64,000 bases of DNA, from NCBI GenBank assembly GCA_046538735.1, contig JBKHII010000002.1, positions 23,235 to 87,234 of the forward strand. Direction: 5' to 3'. The DNA comes from Spirochaetales bacterium. GTDB lineage: Bacteria; Spirochaetota; Spirochaetia; DSM-27196; SLST01. The notes under the pieces are model-generated. The model was not told the origin of the DNA and did not search any database. It saw nothing but the letters and a program-made list of their open reading frames with translations. This document shows positions 52,113 to 61,953 of this stretch, piece by piece (the stretch's first letter is position 1; each line of letters opens with the position of its first letter). The translations under genes were made by a program, and so were the position numbers.

Positions 52113-53192
52113 TTAGTACACCCCCGGAACAATCTTCCAAGGGACGCGGTCCTCGTACTCCTGCCACAACGGACCGTACTTCTCGCGACACCGGCGGTCG
52201 TCATCCGTCTGGCGCGTGGCGAGCAGCAGCACGTAGTAGAGCGGATAGAGCCACGCGACGAGCACGCCGGGGTACCCGAGCGCAAGCGTCAGTCCGGTCG
52301 CCATCAGAACCTCACCGAGGTAGTTGATGTGGCGCGAGAGGCCCCAGAATCCGCTGCAGAGAACTCGTCGCTCGCCGTCCGAGATGGCCTGCGGTTCGAT
52401 CACTCCAAGAAAGGTCCGATCGGGGTCGCGCTTGAAGACGTACTTCTGCATGTTCGCTCCCCGAGCGAGGATCCACCCGGCGAGAAAGACGATCACGACC
52501 AAGGTGGCGGCAACGCCCCCCATCGCGGCCGGAGCTCGGTGTGCGACGGCCCAGAGCCCCACCGGATAGAAGTAGGCGTAGAAGGTCAGACAGCCGAAGA
52601 CGAGCTTGAAGCCCACACGCTCGGCGACGAGGTCGTACGTGTAGAGATGGACGTGCTCGAAGACCAGGTAGTCCACGAGAAACCAGAAGAAGAGGCCCGA
52701 ATAGAGGAGGATCGGAAGCGACGGACCGTAGACGGTGATGTTGTGAGCGGCGAAGGAGAGGATGTTCAGCGCAAGCATCGTCGCGCCGGCGAGGTAGAGG
52801 AACATCTTCGCATCCACGCGTCCGCCGAAGAACTGCGGAGCGAACCGTCGGCCCAGAAAGAAGTCGGCCAGGGCATTGCGACGCACTCGCGGCGCACCGG
52901 CGACGATCAGCACGCTTGCGACTACGCCGAGGGTCGACGCTCCCGCGAGGCTCGCCCACCGGTTCCGATACAGCCAGTCGTACGGCACGACGCCCGACCG
53001 GCCGAGCAGCGCCCATCCGACGACGGCGACAAGCAGGACGAAGAAGCCGTTCAGCCGATAGGTGTAGGGCGTGCCGGTGGTCGGATCGGTCACGTAGCCC
53101 GGCACCGTTCTCGCCGGTATCGCGAGATGGAGCACGAGAATGAGCGCGTAGAGTATCCACGACGAGAAGAAGCCGAGCAGGCTTTCGTACAT
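52113..53192 (-). CDS. ERG4/ERG24-family sterol-reductase homolog (delta14/7-DHC-reductase-like)
   Basis: Polytopic, 359 aa. C-terminal GLSRHINYLGEVL...LLLATRQTDDDRRCREKYGPLWQEYEDRVPWKIVPGVY fits the ERG4/ERG24 signature (R-x2-[RD]-D-x3-C-x2-KYG-x2-W-x2-Y ... iPgiy). ADFFLGRRFAPQ resembles signature 1. Confidence 0.85.
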   Translation of the reverse strand: MYESLLGFFSSWILYALILVLHLAIPARTVPGYVTDPTTGTPYTYRLNGFFVLLVAVVGWALLGRSGVVPYDWLYRNRWASLAGASTLGVVASVLIVAGAPRVRRNALADFFLGRRFAPQFFGGRVDAKMFLYLAGATMLALNILSFAAHNITVYGPSLPILLYSGLFFWFLVDYLVFEHVHLYTYDLVAERVGFKLVFGCLTFYAYFYPVGLWAVAHRAPAAMGGVAATLVVIVFLAGWILARGANMQKYVFKRDPDRTFLGVIEPQAISDGERRVLCSGFWGLSRHINYLGEVLMATGLTLALGYPGVLVAWLYPLYYVLLLATRQTDDDRRCREKYGPLWQEYEDRVPWKIVPGVY

Positions 53193-53352
53193 GACCGTCC
53201 CCCCGAGCCGGCAGTATACGATACCTCAGGGCATCTGCGAAACGCCGGTCGCTCGCGGCTCAGCCGGACCGGGGTATTCGGACGACCCGATTCGTGCGAC
53301 ACTACGAGCATTCACGAACCGAATCCCCATCCATGCTCCAGAAGGATTTCCT

Positions 53353-54696
53353 ATGCATACGACCCGCCTCGATAGCGCCATGTCGGCGCTCAAGCACCTG
53401 GCCGAAGAGCTGCGGCTGGCGCTCCCGCTCGATAGTCTTCGCGAACAGATCAACAGACTCGGGTTTCCGAGACTCGGCCGGCCGAGTCTCCGAATCGGCC
53501 GCCGAACGGCGCGAGTACCGGTCATCCAGGGAGGCATGGGAGTCGGAATCTCGCTATCCGGCCTCGCTTCCGCGGTCGCGAATGCCGGCGGAATCGGCGT
53601 AATCGCCGCGAACGCGATCGGCCTCCTCGAGAGGGACTACTTCAGGGACGGCCGCGCGGCGAATCTTCGCGCGCTACGGCGCGAGATTCGCGAAGCGCGC
53701 CGGAAGTCGAAGGGAGTGATCGGCGTGAACATCATGGTCGCCGTAAACGACTTCCACGAGCTTCTGGACGTCGCGATCGAAGAACGCGTGGATCTCGTCC
53801 TCATGGGCGCCGGGCTGCCGGTGAAGAACATCCCGGTCGAGCGCATGCGCGCCGCGGGTGTGGCTGCCGTGCCGATCGTCAGCTCCGCGCGGGCGGTGGA
53901 GATGATCTTCCGCATGTGGAAGAAGCTTTACGACGACGTGCCCGATGCGGTCGTCTGCGAGGGCCCGAAGGCGGGGGGACACCTCGGATTCTCCGAGGAG
54001 CAGATCAACGATCCCGACCACGCGCTGGAAACGCTGATACCGCCGATCGTGGAAGCCGTTCGACCGTACGAGCAGGAGCTCGGTCGCAGGATTCCTGTAA
54101 TCGCCGCAGGCGGCGTCTACGACGGCAGCGACGTCTTCAACATGGTCGAGATGGGCGCGGGCGGCGTTCAGATGGGCACGCGCTTCGTCGCTACCGACGA
54201 ATGCGATGCCGACGATCGGTTCAAGCAGGCGTACGTGGAGTGCACCGAGGATCAGATCGGGATCATCAAGAGCCCGGTGGGCATGCCCGGACGAGCGATC
54301 CGCAACGAGTTCATCGCGGCGGTGGAGCGGGGCGAGAGTCCCGACTTCCGCTGCGCGTGGCAGTGCCTGTCCAGCTGCAAAGCAGATGACGCCCGCTACT
54401 GCATCTCGCTTGCGCTCAACAATGCGCGGAAGGGAAGGCTCGAGCGGGGTTTCGTCTTCGCGGGATCGAACGCACACCGGATCACGAAGATCGTGCCGGT
54501 GGCGGCGCTGGTAAGCGAGCTCGCCGACGGCTTCGCCCAACGAGCCCGCGAGGCGCTGTCTCAACGGCTGGACGCAATCGCGGACCGGATCAACGAGGCC
54601 CGCGATGCCGGCCGTGCGCACATCCGGCGCCGATACGACGAGCTTGTCGCCCGCATAGGTGATCTGAAGACAGCGCTCGTCGACGCGCGAGCTTGA
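53353..54696 (+). CDS. nitronate monooxygenase/NAD(P)H-flavin oxidoreductase family protein (FabK/NPD-like) with terminal extensions
   Basis: VPVIQGGMGVGISLSGLASAVANAGGIGVIA, GGHLG, AAGGVYDG, VQMGTRF. About 40 extra aa at the N-terminus and a heptad-like C-terminal tail. Confidence 0.85.
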   Translation: MHTTRLDSAMSALKHLAEELRLALPLDSLREQINRLGFPRLGRPSLRIGRRTARVPVIQGGMGVGISLSGLASAVANAGGIGVIAANAIGLLERDYFRDGRAANLRALRREIREARRKSKGVIGVNIMVAVNDFHELLDVAIEERVDLVLMGAGLPVKNIPVERMRAAGVAAVPIVSSARAVEMIFRMWKKLYDDVPDAVVCEGPKAGGHLGFSEEQINDPDHALETLIPPIVEAVRPYEQELGRRIPVIAAGGVYDGSDVFNMVEMGAGGVQMGTRFVATDECDADDRFKQAYVECTEDQIGIIKSPVGMPGRAIRNEFIAAVERGESPDFRCAWQCLSSCKADDARYCISLALNNARKGRLERGFVFAGSNAHRITKIVPVAALVSELADGFAQRAREALSQRLDAIADRINEARDAGRAHIRRRYDELVARIGDLKTALVDARA

Positions 54697-54794
54697 TCCC
54701 GCCGCGCCGCTTGTAGCACCGTCCCGGATTCCGGCTCTCGAGCTTCGCGCCAACGTGGAATCCGAGACGGCGTGAGAGCGCGGGATACCGCACG

Positions 54795-55583
54795 TCAGAC
54801 ACAGATCTCTCCGGTGAGGTAAAGCGCGGCTTCACCGGCGATCGTCACCCGCTCTCCCCGCGCCTCCAAGAAGAGCTCGCCGCCCCGAGCCGAAACCTGC
54901 CGAGCCTCCAACACCGTCTTGCCGAGCCGTTCGGACCAATACGGTACGAGCGTGCAGTGGGCCGATCCGGTGACGGGGTCCTCCAGGATGCCGAGGTCGG
55001 GAGCGAAGAATCGGGAGACAAAGTCGACGTTGGTTCCCGGGGCGGTGATGATGATCCCGTTCTTCTCGCCTGCGAGCCCGGCAAGCGCGGCGCCGTCCGG
55101 TCGGTAGGCTCGCACCGCCTCCTCGTCCGGAAGGACCGCCATCCAGTCGCGCGAGCGGTAGAGCTCCAGCGGCCGGAGTCCCAGCGCATTCGTCGCCTCC
55201 TCGGTGATCGGCTGCGACGTTCCCGGCCGCGCCGGGAAATCCATCACGAGTCTCCGGTCCGCACGAGTGACGAAGAGCTCGCCCGCCCGGCGCGTCCGGA
55301 AGCGGATCTGCGCCGTGCGCGGGGCGAGCTCGTTGAACACGACCCAGGCGGAGGCGAGCGTAGGGTGTCCGGCAAGATCGATCTCGTGGGCGGGTGTGAA
55401 CCACCGGATGTCGTAGTAGCCGTCGCGCGGAATCACGTACGCCGTTTCGGAGAGATTGTTTTCCTGCGCAATGCTCTGGAGCGTCTCGTCGTCAAGCCAC
55501 GCCTTGAGCAGACAGACCGCCGCCGGGTTGCCGCCGAACACGCGCGTTGTGAACGCGTCCACCTGGTACATCGGAATCTTCAT
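54795..55583 (-). CDS. PhzF-family isomerase
   Basis: MYQVDAFTTRVFGGNPAAV, ENNLSETAY, RWFTP..EIDLAGHPTLA, DPVTGSAHC. Confidence 0.9.
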   Translation of the reverse strand: MKIPMYQVDAFTTRVFGGNPAAVCLLKAWLDDETLQSIAQENNLSETAYVIPRDGYYDIRWFTPAHEIDLAGHPTLASAWVVFNELAPRTAQIRFRTRRAGELFVTRADRRLVMDFPARPGTSQPITEEATNALGLRPLELYRSRDWMAVLPDEEAVRAYRPDGAALAGLAGEKNGIIITAPGTNVDFVSRFFAPDLGILEDPVTGSAHCTLVPYWSERLGKTVLEARQVSARGGELFLEARGERVTIAGEAALYLTGEICV

Positions 55584-55651
55584 GCTTGCTCCTCGACTCG
55601 ATGGTACACCGTGCGATACGATGGTGACAGATACAGCAGGTAGGGAATCGC

Positions 55652-57097
55652 ATGGGTACAGAAACGCCGGCCTGGAGAGCCCTTGCCGACGACATCGAGC
55701 AGAAGACCGCGTTGGGGGTGTGGGCGTGCGGCGAACGGCTCCCGTCGCTCCGCGAGGTGAAGGCGACGAGTGGACGAAGCATGAACACTGTGGTCCGCGC
55801 CTTTCGCGAGCTCGAGCAACGCGGGGTGATCGAGGCGCGCGATCGGTCCGGTTACTACATCACCCACGACCTCGAGCTCGAACCGCCGCGCGCGACCGGG
55901 GTCATCACCGGCCCCGCCGAGGTCGAGGTCAGCTCGCTGACCGAGACCGTCGTGACCGATTCGCTCGATCCGTCCATGGTTCCGATCGGTGCGTCCACGC
56001 TCGACCCCGCCCTTCTACCGGTCCGGGCGCTCGGGAGGATCATCCGGCAGCTTACGCACGGCGACTGGTTCGCGGTCTCCAACTACGCGCCGAGCGCCGG
56101 TCTCGACTCGTTGCGAAAGCGCATCGCGGCACGCTACCTCGGACTGATCCCGAATATCACTCCGGACAACGTTGTCGTGACCGGCGGCTGTTCCGAAGCG
56201 CTCGCGCTCGCGCTGCAGTCGCTCGCGTCGCCACCGGCAGTGGTCGCGGTGGAGTCGCCTACGCACTTTGGGACGCTCCAGATGCTGCGTGACCGAGGGT
56301 ACCGCGTGGTGGAGGTACCGATCGACCCCTCGCTCGGAGTCGATCCGGACGAGCTCTCCGGGTTGTTCCAAAGCCGACGCGTGGACGCGTGCATCCTCAC
56401 CCCCACGGCGCACAACCCGACCGGAGCCGTCCTGAGCAAGGAGCGCGCACGCGCGATCGCGCGGGTACTCGCCGAACACGGCGTACCCGCGGTGGAGGAC
56501 GACGTCTACGCGGAACTCGTTCACGACGGTCCACGAGGATGCCCGATCGCGCACTGGGCCGGGGAGACCGGAGCGCGAATCGTGACGTGCGGGTCGTATT
56601 CGAAGGTGATCGCCCCCGGGTTCAGACTCGGATGGGCGATCGCCGAACCCGCGCTCGCCCACGCGGTAGCGCAGCTCAAGGCGGGACTCTCGCTCGCGGC
56701 CCCAACGCTCCAGCAGCATGTGCTCGCGCGATACCTGGCGGGGGGCGACTTCGACCGACACATGGTTCGACTGCGCGCCAGGGTGAAGACGCAGATCGGC
56801 GCGTTCGCCCGGGAGATCGCTCGCTCGTTTCCGGAGGGGACCCGGCTCGCCGTACCGCGGGCGGCCAACTTCCTGTGGATCGAGCTCCCGGTGGGCACCG
56901 ACTCGGTGGAGGTTCACGCCCGGGCGCGCGACGCGGGTATCGTGGTCGTGCCCGGGCCGGCCTTCTCCGCGTCCGGCGGCTACCGCAACTACCTCAGGCT
57001 GAGCGCGCCTGGTCCGATGGACGACCGGTACCGGCACGCGATTACGGTGCTGGGAGACATCGTGAAGGACGCCCGTTCGAACGACCGTCGACCTTGA
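55652..57097 (+). CDS. MocR/PdxR-type regulator (GntR HTH fused to a fold-type-I aminotransferase domain)
   Basis: GERLPSLREVKATSGRSMNTVVRAFRELEQRGVIEARDRSGYYI, followed by an aminotransferase-like domain (TPTAHNPTG, SYSKVIAPGFRLGW with the PLP-lysine context). Divergent from the PhzF gene. Confidence 0.9.
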   Translation: MGTETPAWRALADDIEQKTALGVWACGERLPSLREVKATSGRSMNTVVRAFRELEQRGVIEARDRSGYYITHDLELEPPRATGVITGPAEVEVSSLTETVVTDSLDPSMVPIGASTLDPALLPVRALGRIIRQLTHGDWFAVSNYAPSAGLDSLRKRIAARYLGLIPNITPDNVVVTGGCSEALALALQSLASPPAVVAVESPTHFGTLQMLRDRGYRVVEVPIDPSLGVDPDELSGLFQSRRVDACILTPTAHNPTGAVLSKERARAIARVLAEHGVPAVEDDVYAELVHDGPRGCPIAHWAGETGARIVTCGSYSKVIAPGFRLGWAIAEPALAHAVAQLKAGLSLAAPTLQQHVLARYLAGGDFDRHMVRLRARVKTQIGAFAREIARSFPEGTRLAVPRAANFLWIELPVGTDSVEVHARARDAGIVVVPGPAFSASGGYRNYLRLSAPGPMDDRYRHAITVLGDIVKDARSNDRRP

Positions 57098-57277
57098 CCC
57101 GAGTCCGAATGGGTGTGACGATAGCTCGATCTCTCCCCCCGACCGAAAGGACGTCCGGTGAAGCCCGTGTCGGAAAACGTGATTGGCGGGCGAGGACCTC
57201 TCCGGCGTACTCGAAGCGCTCGACGACACGCTCGTGCGAGTGGACGAGCTCGAGACGCAGGTGCCGGAGCCGGTTGC

Positions 57278-58612
57278 CTAGTTGAACTGCTCGAGCGCTC
57301 GTTCGGCCTCCTGCTGGATCTTCGCAGCCGTCTCCTCCGCGGTGTACTGGTCACCGGTCAGGAAGGCCATCACGTTGTCCGCGACGACGGTACCGATCGC
57401 GTTTCCCGCGGCGGTCGGAGTAGTGATCCGGGCGGCAGGAAAAACCTCGGTGAACGCCTGGCCCTTCTGCGGCCATTCGGCGTAATTGCGGCTGAGGATC
57501 GCCGTGTCCTGCGACGAGTAGCGAGCGGGGAAGTATCCGGTCCGCGCACCGTAGATCGCCTGGCCGTCCGTTCCGGCGAAGTAGTCCATGAAGACCCACG
57601 AGGCAAGCTCCTCTTCGGGGGTCGACGCGAACATCACGTGATTGCCACCCCACAGACCGGTCGATGGGTTCGACGGATCTCCCTGGGGGATGAGGGTGAT
57701 GCCCCAGTCGAAGGTGTCGCCGATCAACTCGGCCTTCGTGCTCGTCCGGGCGGTCGTGCTGATCTCGAACGCGGATCGACCGTTCGTGAACTCCTGCTCG
57801 GTGTCCTCCACGAACGGCATCGTTCCTGCCTCGTGGAGACGCTCCATCATACGGAGAAGCTCGACCGCGGCGTCGTTATTGAAGTTGACGGAGGTCGCAT
57901 CGGCGGATATCGGCTCCTCGCCGAACGTACGCATCCACAGCATCAGGTGTCCCTGGTTACCGTACGCACCAACACCAAACACGAGCGCGGGAACGCCCGT
58001 CTGCTCGTAGATGTCGATCGCCTGGGCCTCGAACTCTTCCCACGTCTCCGCCGGACGGTCGTAGCCGGCCCGGGCGAGGATATCCTTGTTGTAGTAGATG
58101 CCCATCGAGCTGTTGCCGTGCGGCCAACTCATTGTGTTGTTGTTGTACTGCTCGATCTGCTGTCGTGCGAGGACGCCGGGAATCATATCGTCGAAATCGT
58201 CCTGTACGAGTCCGTACTCGGGATGGTCGAAGAATGGCTCGAGCGGTCGGATCACATTGGCCTTCATGTATTCAAGCGTGTCGTTCTCGTACGCCATGGC
58301 TACGTTCGGCAGTCCGCCGCCTTGGATCGCGGCGCGTATCTTCTTGTTCAGGTCGCTGTAGGTTCCCTGGAAGACCTCGTTCACGTGGACGAGCCCTTCG
58401 TACTCCTCGTTGAACTGCGCGACGATCTCACTCACGGCCTCGCCGTAGATCGTTGCCTGCATGTGCCAGAAGTCGATCTCGACCGGGCCGACCTTGGCCA
58501 GATCGATGCTGTTGATGTCCGCCTGCTCCACTCCCTCCGACCGGCCGGTGGCGAAGGCTCCGAGGATCCCGAGTATTGTCATCAGCAGAATGCTTGCAGC
58601 GATTCTCTTCAT
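57278..58612 (-). CDS. ABC transporter extracellular solute-binding protein (family 1, sugar-type)
   Basis: Signal peptide MKRIAASILLMTILGILGAFA. About 445 aa with an aromatic-rich bilobal pattern (FWHMQ, YNKDIL, WGGNH). Last gene of the operon. Confidence 0.8.
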   Translation of the reverse strand: MKRIAASILLMTILGILGAFATGRSEGVEQADINSIDLAKVGPVEIDFWHMQATIYGEAVSEIVAQFNEEYEGLVHVNEVFQGTYSDLNKKIRAAIQGGGLPNVAMAYENDTLEYMKANVIRPLEPFFDHPEYGLVQDDFDDMIPGVLARQQIEQYNNNTMSWPHGNSSMGIYYNKDILARAGYDRPAETWEEFEAQAIDIYEQTGVPALVFGVGAYGNQGHLMLWMRTFGEEPISADATSVNFNNDAAVELLRMMERLHEAGTMPFVEDTEQEFTNGRSAFEISTTARTSTKAELIGDTFDWGITLIPQGDPSNPSTGLWGGNHVMFASTPEEELASWVFMDYFAGTDGQAIYGARTGYFPARYSSQDTAILSRNYAEWPQKGQAFTEVFPAARITTPTAAGNAIGTVVADNVMAFLTGDQYTAEETAAKIQQEAERALEQFN

Positions 58613-58720
58613 CTGTAAGACTCCTTTGTTTGTTCGCCGGACGAGTGCCGGCGGCACTCCTCAGAGGTCGGGTGCGACTCCGTGCAAAGGGCACTCGACC
58701 CCTCCTCGTTCAGGCTCAGC

Positions 58721-60142
58721 TCAGTGCGCTCCAGTGCTTCCGATTCGTTCACCTCCTTTCGCTTTGAGGGCCGATAGCCGAATACTCTCTCCCGCAACGG
58801 GCAAGTAGCGTGCGATGCCGTCGGTCGCCAGCAGGGACGGTTGCCTGCTGTGAAGCGGCACGACCACTTTCGGTTTGACTCGCCGGACCATATCCCGGAT
58901 TGACTCGGGGTCGGCATGGCCGCCGGTGGACCGGTTCTCGTAGTCGATTCCATAGCGATAGAACCATCGATGCAACAACGGATCGGAGTCGGAGAGCGGA
59001 TTACCGTCGGCATGGAAGTAGACGGATCGGCCGACCGAGGCGGGCCGCGCGGTCTCGATGTCCGCTATCCGATACGTGTACTCGAGCGTGATGTAATACG
59101 CGAAATCGCAGGGACGCCCGGCGATCTCGGACAGGGCGACTCGCGGGTATGGGAGATCCCCACGGTGATCGCCTTCGGTCACAATACGGATTGAGGCTTC
59201 GCACGCGCGATCATATCGCTCGAGTGCCTCCATCCCCTCGCTCAGTGCAGTGTGCCAGAATCGGGCGGTTGGGATGTCCATCGCGAGCTGTCTGCCGGCT
59301 TCGTGCGTCGCCGTGACCACGTCGGCGACGCGCTCCGTGTTCCGAGCGAGCACGTTCACGTAGACGAGACCCTCCGCACGGGCAAGCAACCGGCGGTAGT
59401 GTTCTGCGACCTCGAGCTCGGTGACGGGAGAGCTGCTCCTGCCCCAAGGCGCCGCGTTCAGCGTGGTCCCCTCCGTGATCAAGACATCGCAGTCCGCCGC
59501 GTCACACGCATCGATGAACCGATCGACTCGATCGGGGTGGCGACCGTGCCGCCTCCAGTCCCCGGTGAACGCGATCGTGCCGTCCGGTGTTTCGAGCAGG
59601 AAGCCCGAGGCACCGGGCGTATCGTGATCGTGCTCGAGGAGCGTGAGGCGAAACGAACCTATCCGCGCCTGCTCTCGATGACCCAACGCGCGGATGTCCG
59701 CCTGTGTTCCGTAGTACTCGCCGCTCTCCTGCACGCACCTGTACACGATCTCCGCGTCCCGGTGCATGAATACCGGCAGACCGGGCGCTGCGAACCGAAG
59801 GAGCGTCATGTGGTCCTGGTGGATGTGGCTCACGAAGACCGCTCGTTCCGTGCTCGGCCGCGGAAGCGCGCAGTCGCCCCAGATTCGGGCCAACTGATTC
59901 CGGTCAACGCCCGCGAGATGGTCCGGCGAGTAGAGGTCGAGAACCGGCGGCGCAATCTTCGTATAGAGGTACGCCCTCAGTAGCTCGGGCAGGGGAGGTT
60001 GCACTCGTGACCCGAACAGCCCGTTCAAGTCGACGGGTACACCGAAGTCGAAGAGGAGGCTCGCCCCGTCGCCTTCCACCAGCACGTGTACCCCACCGAT
60101 GGTGGTGAGTCCGCCGTAGAAACTGACTGCCGTATCACTCAT
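58721..60142 (-). CDS. MBL-fold metallo-hydrolase (long form, 473 aa)
   Basis: YGGLTTIGGVHVLVE...LLFDFG and the HxHxDH motif SHIHQDHM, with later His/Asp ligand candidates (FTGDW, TEGT, HAD). 8-nt overlap with the upstream HAD gene. Confidence 0.8.
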   Translation of the reverse strand: MSDTAVSFYGGLTTIGGVHVLVEGDGASLLFDFGVPVDLNGLFGSRVQPPLPELLRAYLYTKIAPPVLDLYSPDHLAGVDRNQLARIWGDCALPRPSTERAVFVSHIHQDHMTLLRFAAPGLPVFMHRDAEIVYRCVQESGEYYGTQADIRALGHREQARIGSFRLTLLEHDHDTPGASGFLLETPDGTIAFTGDWRRHGRHPDRVDRFIDACDAADCDVLITEGTTLNAAPWGRSSSPVTELEVAEHYRRLLARAEGLVYVNVLARNTERVADVVTATHEAGRQLAMDIPTARFWHTALSEGMEALERYDRACEASIRIVTEGDHRGDLPYPRVALSEIAGRPCDFAYYITLEYTYRIADIETARPASVGRSVYFHADGNPLSDSDPLLHRWFYRYGIDYENRSTGGHADPESIRDMVRRVKPKVVVPLHSRQPSLLATDGIARYLPVAGESIRLSALKAKGGERIGSTGAH

Positions 60143-61028
60143 TGCACGCCTCCCGTGGTTCGTTCTTACTGGTCGCGGAGACGCTCGCGCTCCGGACGAG
60201 CCCCGCCAGCTCGTCGAGCGTCCGAAGGCGAAGGTCCCACACGCCGTCCGGCATGCCGGGGTATGGGGAGATCAAGACCGTCCGACAGCCGAGGTCGTGC
60301 GCCGGCTTGAGATCGTTCCATGGGTGATCGCCGACCGTCAGGATCTCGTTCGGCCGCACGCCACCCCCGATCAGCCGCTTCAGCAGCTCGCGAAGACCGC
60401 GGGGCTTTCCCGCGTCACACCAGATTTCATGAAACGATGCCGGCTCGAGCAACGCGCTCACGAACTCGGTTCCCGTGTCTTCGGGAGAGTTCGTCTGGAG
60501 GATCTTGTAGAGACGACTCGACCGAAGCGCGCGGTTGAGCTCCTCGTGGGGCTCGAGCCGCTCCAGCATCATGCTCCGCACCGCGTAGAAGACGCGACGA
60601 CGATCGACGTCGGTCAGGTCGAAGAGGCGCAGTACGGCGAACGTCACGGACCACGCATCTGCGAGAGACACGAGATCCTCTGCCGACGCATCGATTGGCG
60701 GCAGCGGGTCCGTACGCAGCACCTGCGCCCGGAGAAAGAGCACCGAAGGGTCCGCCCGTGAGCACCGAGCGGCATCCCGGCCCGGTGGCGTGGGCGGTAT
60801 GATCCGCTCGAGGTGCCGGAGTCGCACGAAGTCCGGCATCCGCAGCTTAGGGTGTCCGGCAAGAATTTGCTCGATCATGGATACGGTGAGATCAATCGTC
60901 CGGCAGTCCCACCGCTTACCGAGAGCAAGCAGACAGAGCTCCCGATGGAACTCCAGGTCCTGGTACACCGTGCCGTCGAGATCGAGAATCAGGAACCGAA
61001 CGTCTGAGAGCCACGACGGATAGTGCAT
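60135..61028 (-). CDS. HAD-superfamily hydrolase with a large cap insertion
   Basis: Motif I FLILDLDGTVY, motif III/IV region GKPRG...TVGDHPWNDL. About 150 aa lie between motif I and motif II. Confidence 0.7.
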   Translation of the reverse strand: MHYPSWLSDVRFLILDLDGTVYQDLEFHRELCLLALGKRWDCRTIDLTVSMIEQILAGHPKLRMPDFVRLRHLERIIPPTPPGRDAARCSRADPSVLFLRAQVLRTDPLPPIDASAEDLVSLADAWSVTFAVLRLFDLTDVDRRRVFYAVRSMMLERLEPHEELNRALRSSRLYKILQTNSPEDTGTEFVSALLEPASFHEIWCDAGKPRGLRELLKRLIGGGVRPNEILTVGDHPWNDLKPAHDLGCRTVLISPYPGMPDGVWDLRLRTLDELAGLVRSASVSATSKNEPREACNE

Positions 61029-61032
61029 ATCT

Positions 61033-61953
61033 TCAGCCCTTGATGCCCGAGCTCGCGATCGCATCGTTGAACGACCGGCTCATCGCGAAGTAGATGCCCA
61101 CGATGGGAAGAACCGTGAACGTTGCCGCCGCCATGAGATGATGGTAGTAGTGACCTTCCTCGCTGATGAAGTACAGCAGGCCAACCTGCAACGGCCGAAG
61201 ATGCTCGCTCGACGTGATCAAGAGCGGCCAGAGCACGCCGTTCCACTTCACGATGAAGCTGAGGAGTCCGGCGGTGATCACGCTCGGAGCCGCGATCGGG
61301 ACGAGCACCCTCCACAGGTATCCGGGGTTGGACATCCCGTCCACTTGTGCGGCGCTCCAGAAATCCTTCGGTACACCGAGGAATGCTTGTCTGAGAAGAA
61401 ACACGGTGAATCCGTCGGCAAAGAATGGAAGCATCATTCCCATGTAGCTGTCGTAGAAGCCTTGACCGCCGCGCCCGAAGACGTTGTTGCCCCCCGCGAG
61501 GGGAAAGCGGCGTACCGTGATGAAATTCGGAATCAACGTGACGTCGTACGGGATCATCATCGTTGCGAGCACAAGCACGAATACGAGATCGCGACCCGGG
61601 TAGCGGAAATGCGACACGGAGAACGCCAGCATCACGCAGATGGTGAGCTGCACGGCAGTCCCGAGTCCTGCGACCACGAGTGTATTCCAGAAGTACCGGC
61701 CGAAGGTAGACTCTGGTTTCTCCCATGCGCGAATGTAGTTCTCGAGTCGCCACTCCTCGGGAAAGAACGAAGGCGGCATCAAGTTGATCTCGGCGCGTGA
61801 CTTGAACGATGTGAGTATCATCCAGAAGAAGGGGAACACCGCAACCAAGGCGAGCGAGACCATCGCAACCGTGACGACGATCCGCCATGGAGGGATCCTT
61901 CTCGGAGACTGGAAGACACCGTCGTGGAGCACACCGCGGTTAACCGTGCTCAT
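61033..61953 (-). CDS. ABC sugar-transporter permease (MalG/BPD type)
   Basis: FPFFWMILTSFK, EAA-loop region WSAAQVDGMSNPGYLWRVLVPIAAP. Six hydrophobic segments. Confidence 0.85.
   Translation of the reverse strand: MSTVNRGVLHDGVFQSPRRIPPWRIVVTVAMVSLALVAVFPFFWMILTSFKSRAEINLMPPSFFPEEWRLENYIRAWEKPESTFGRYFWNTLVVAGLGTAVQLTICVMLAFSVSHFRYPGRDLVFVLVLATMMIPYDVTLIPNFITVRRFPLAGGNNVFGRGGQGFYDSYMGMMLPFFADGFTVFLLRQAFLGVPKDFWSAAQVDGMSNPGYLWRVLVPIAAPSVITAGLLSFIVKWNGVLWPLLITSSEHLRPLQVGLLYFISEEGHYYHHLMAAATFTVLPIVGIYFAMSRSFNDAIASSGIKG

Noticed and set aside
57183-57281. 32-codon G/C3-rich ORF (LAGEDLSGVLEALDDTLVRVDELETQVPEPVA) in the gap between mocR and the convergent binding-protein gene.
   Set aside because: It is too short, has only a TTG start, no Shine-Dalgarno and no recognisable family. 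It could be a relic or chance. There is not enough evidence to call a gene.
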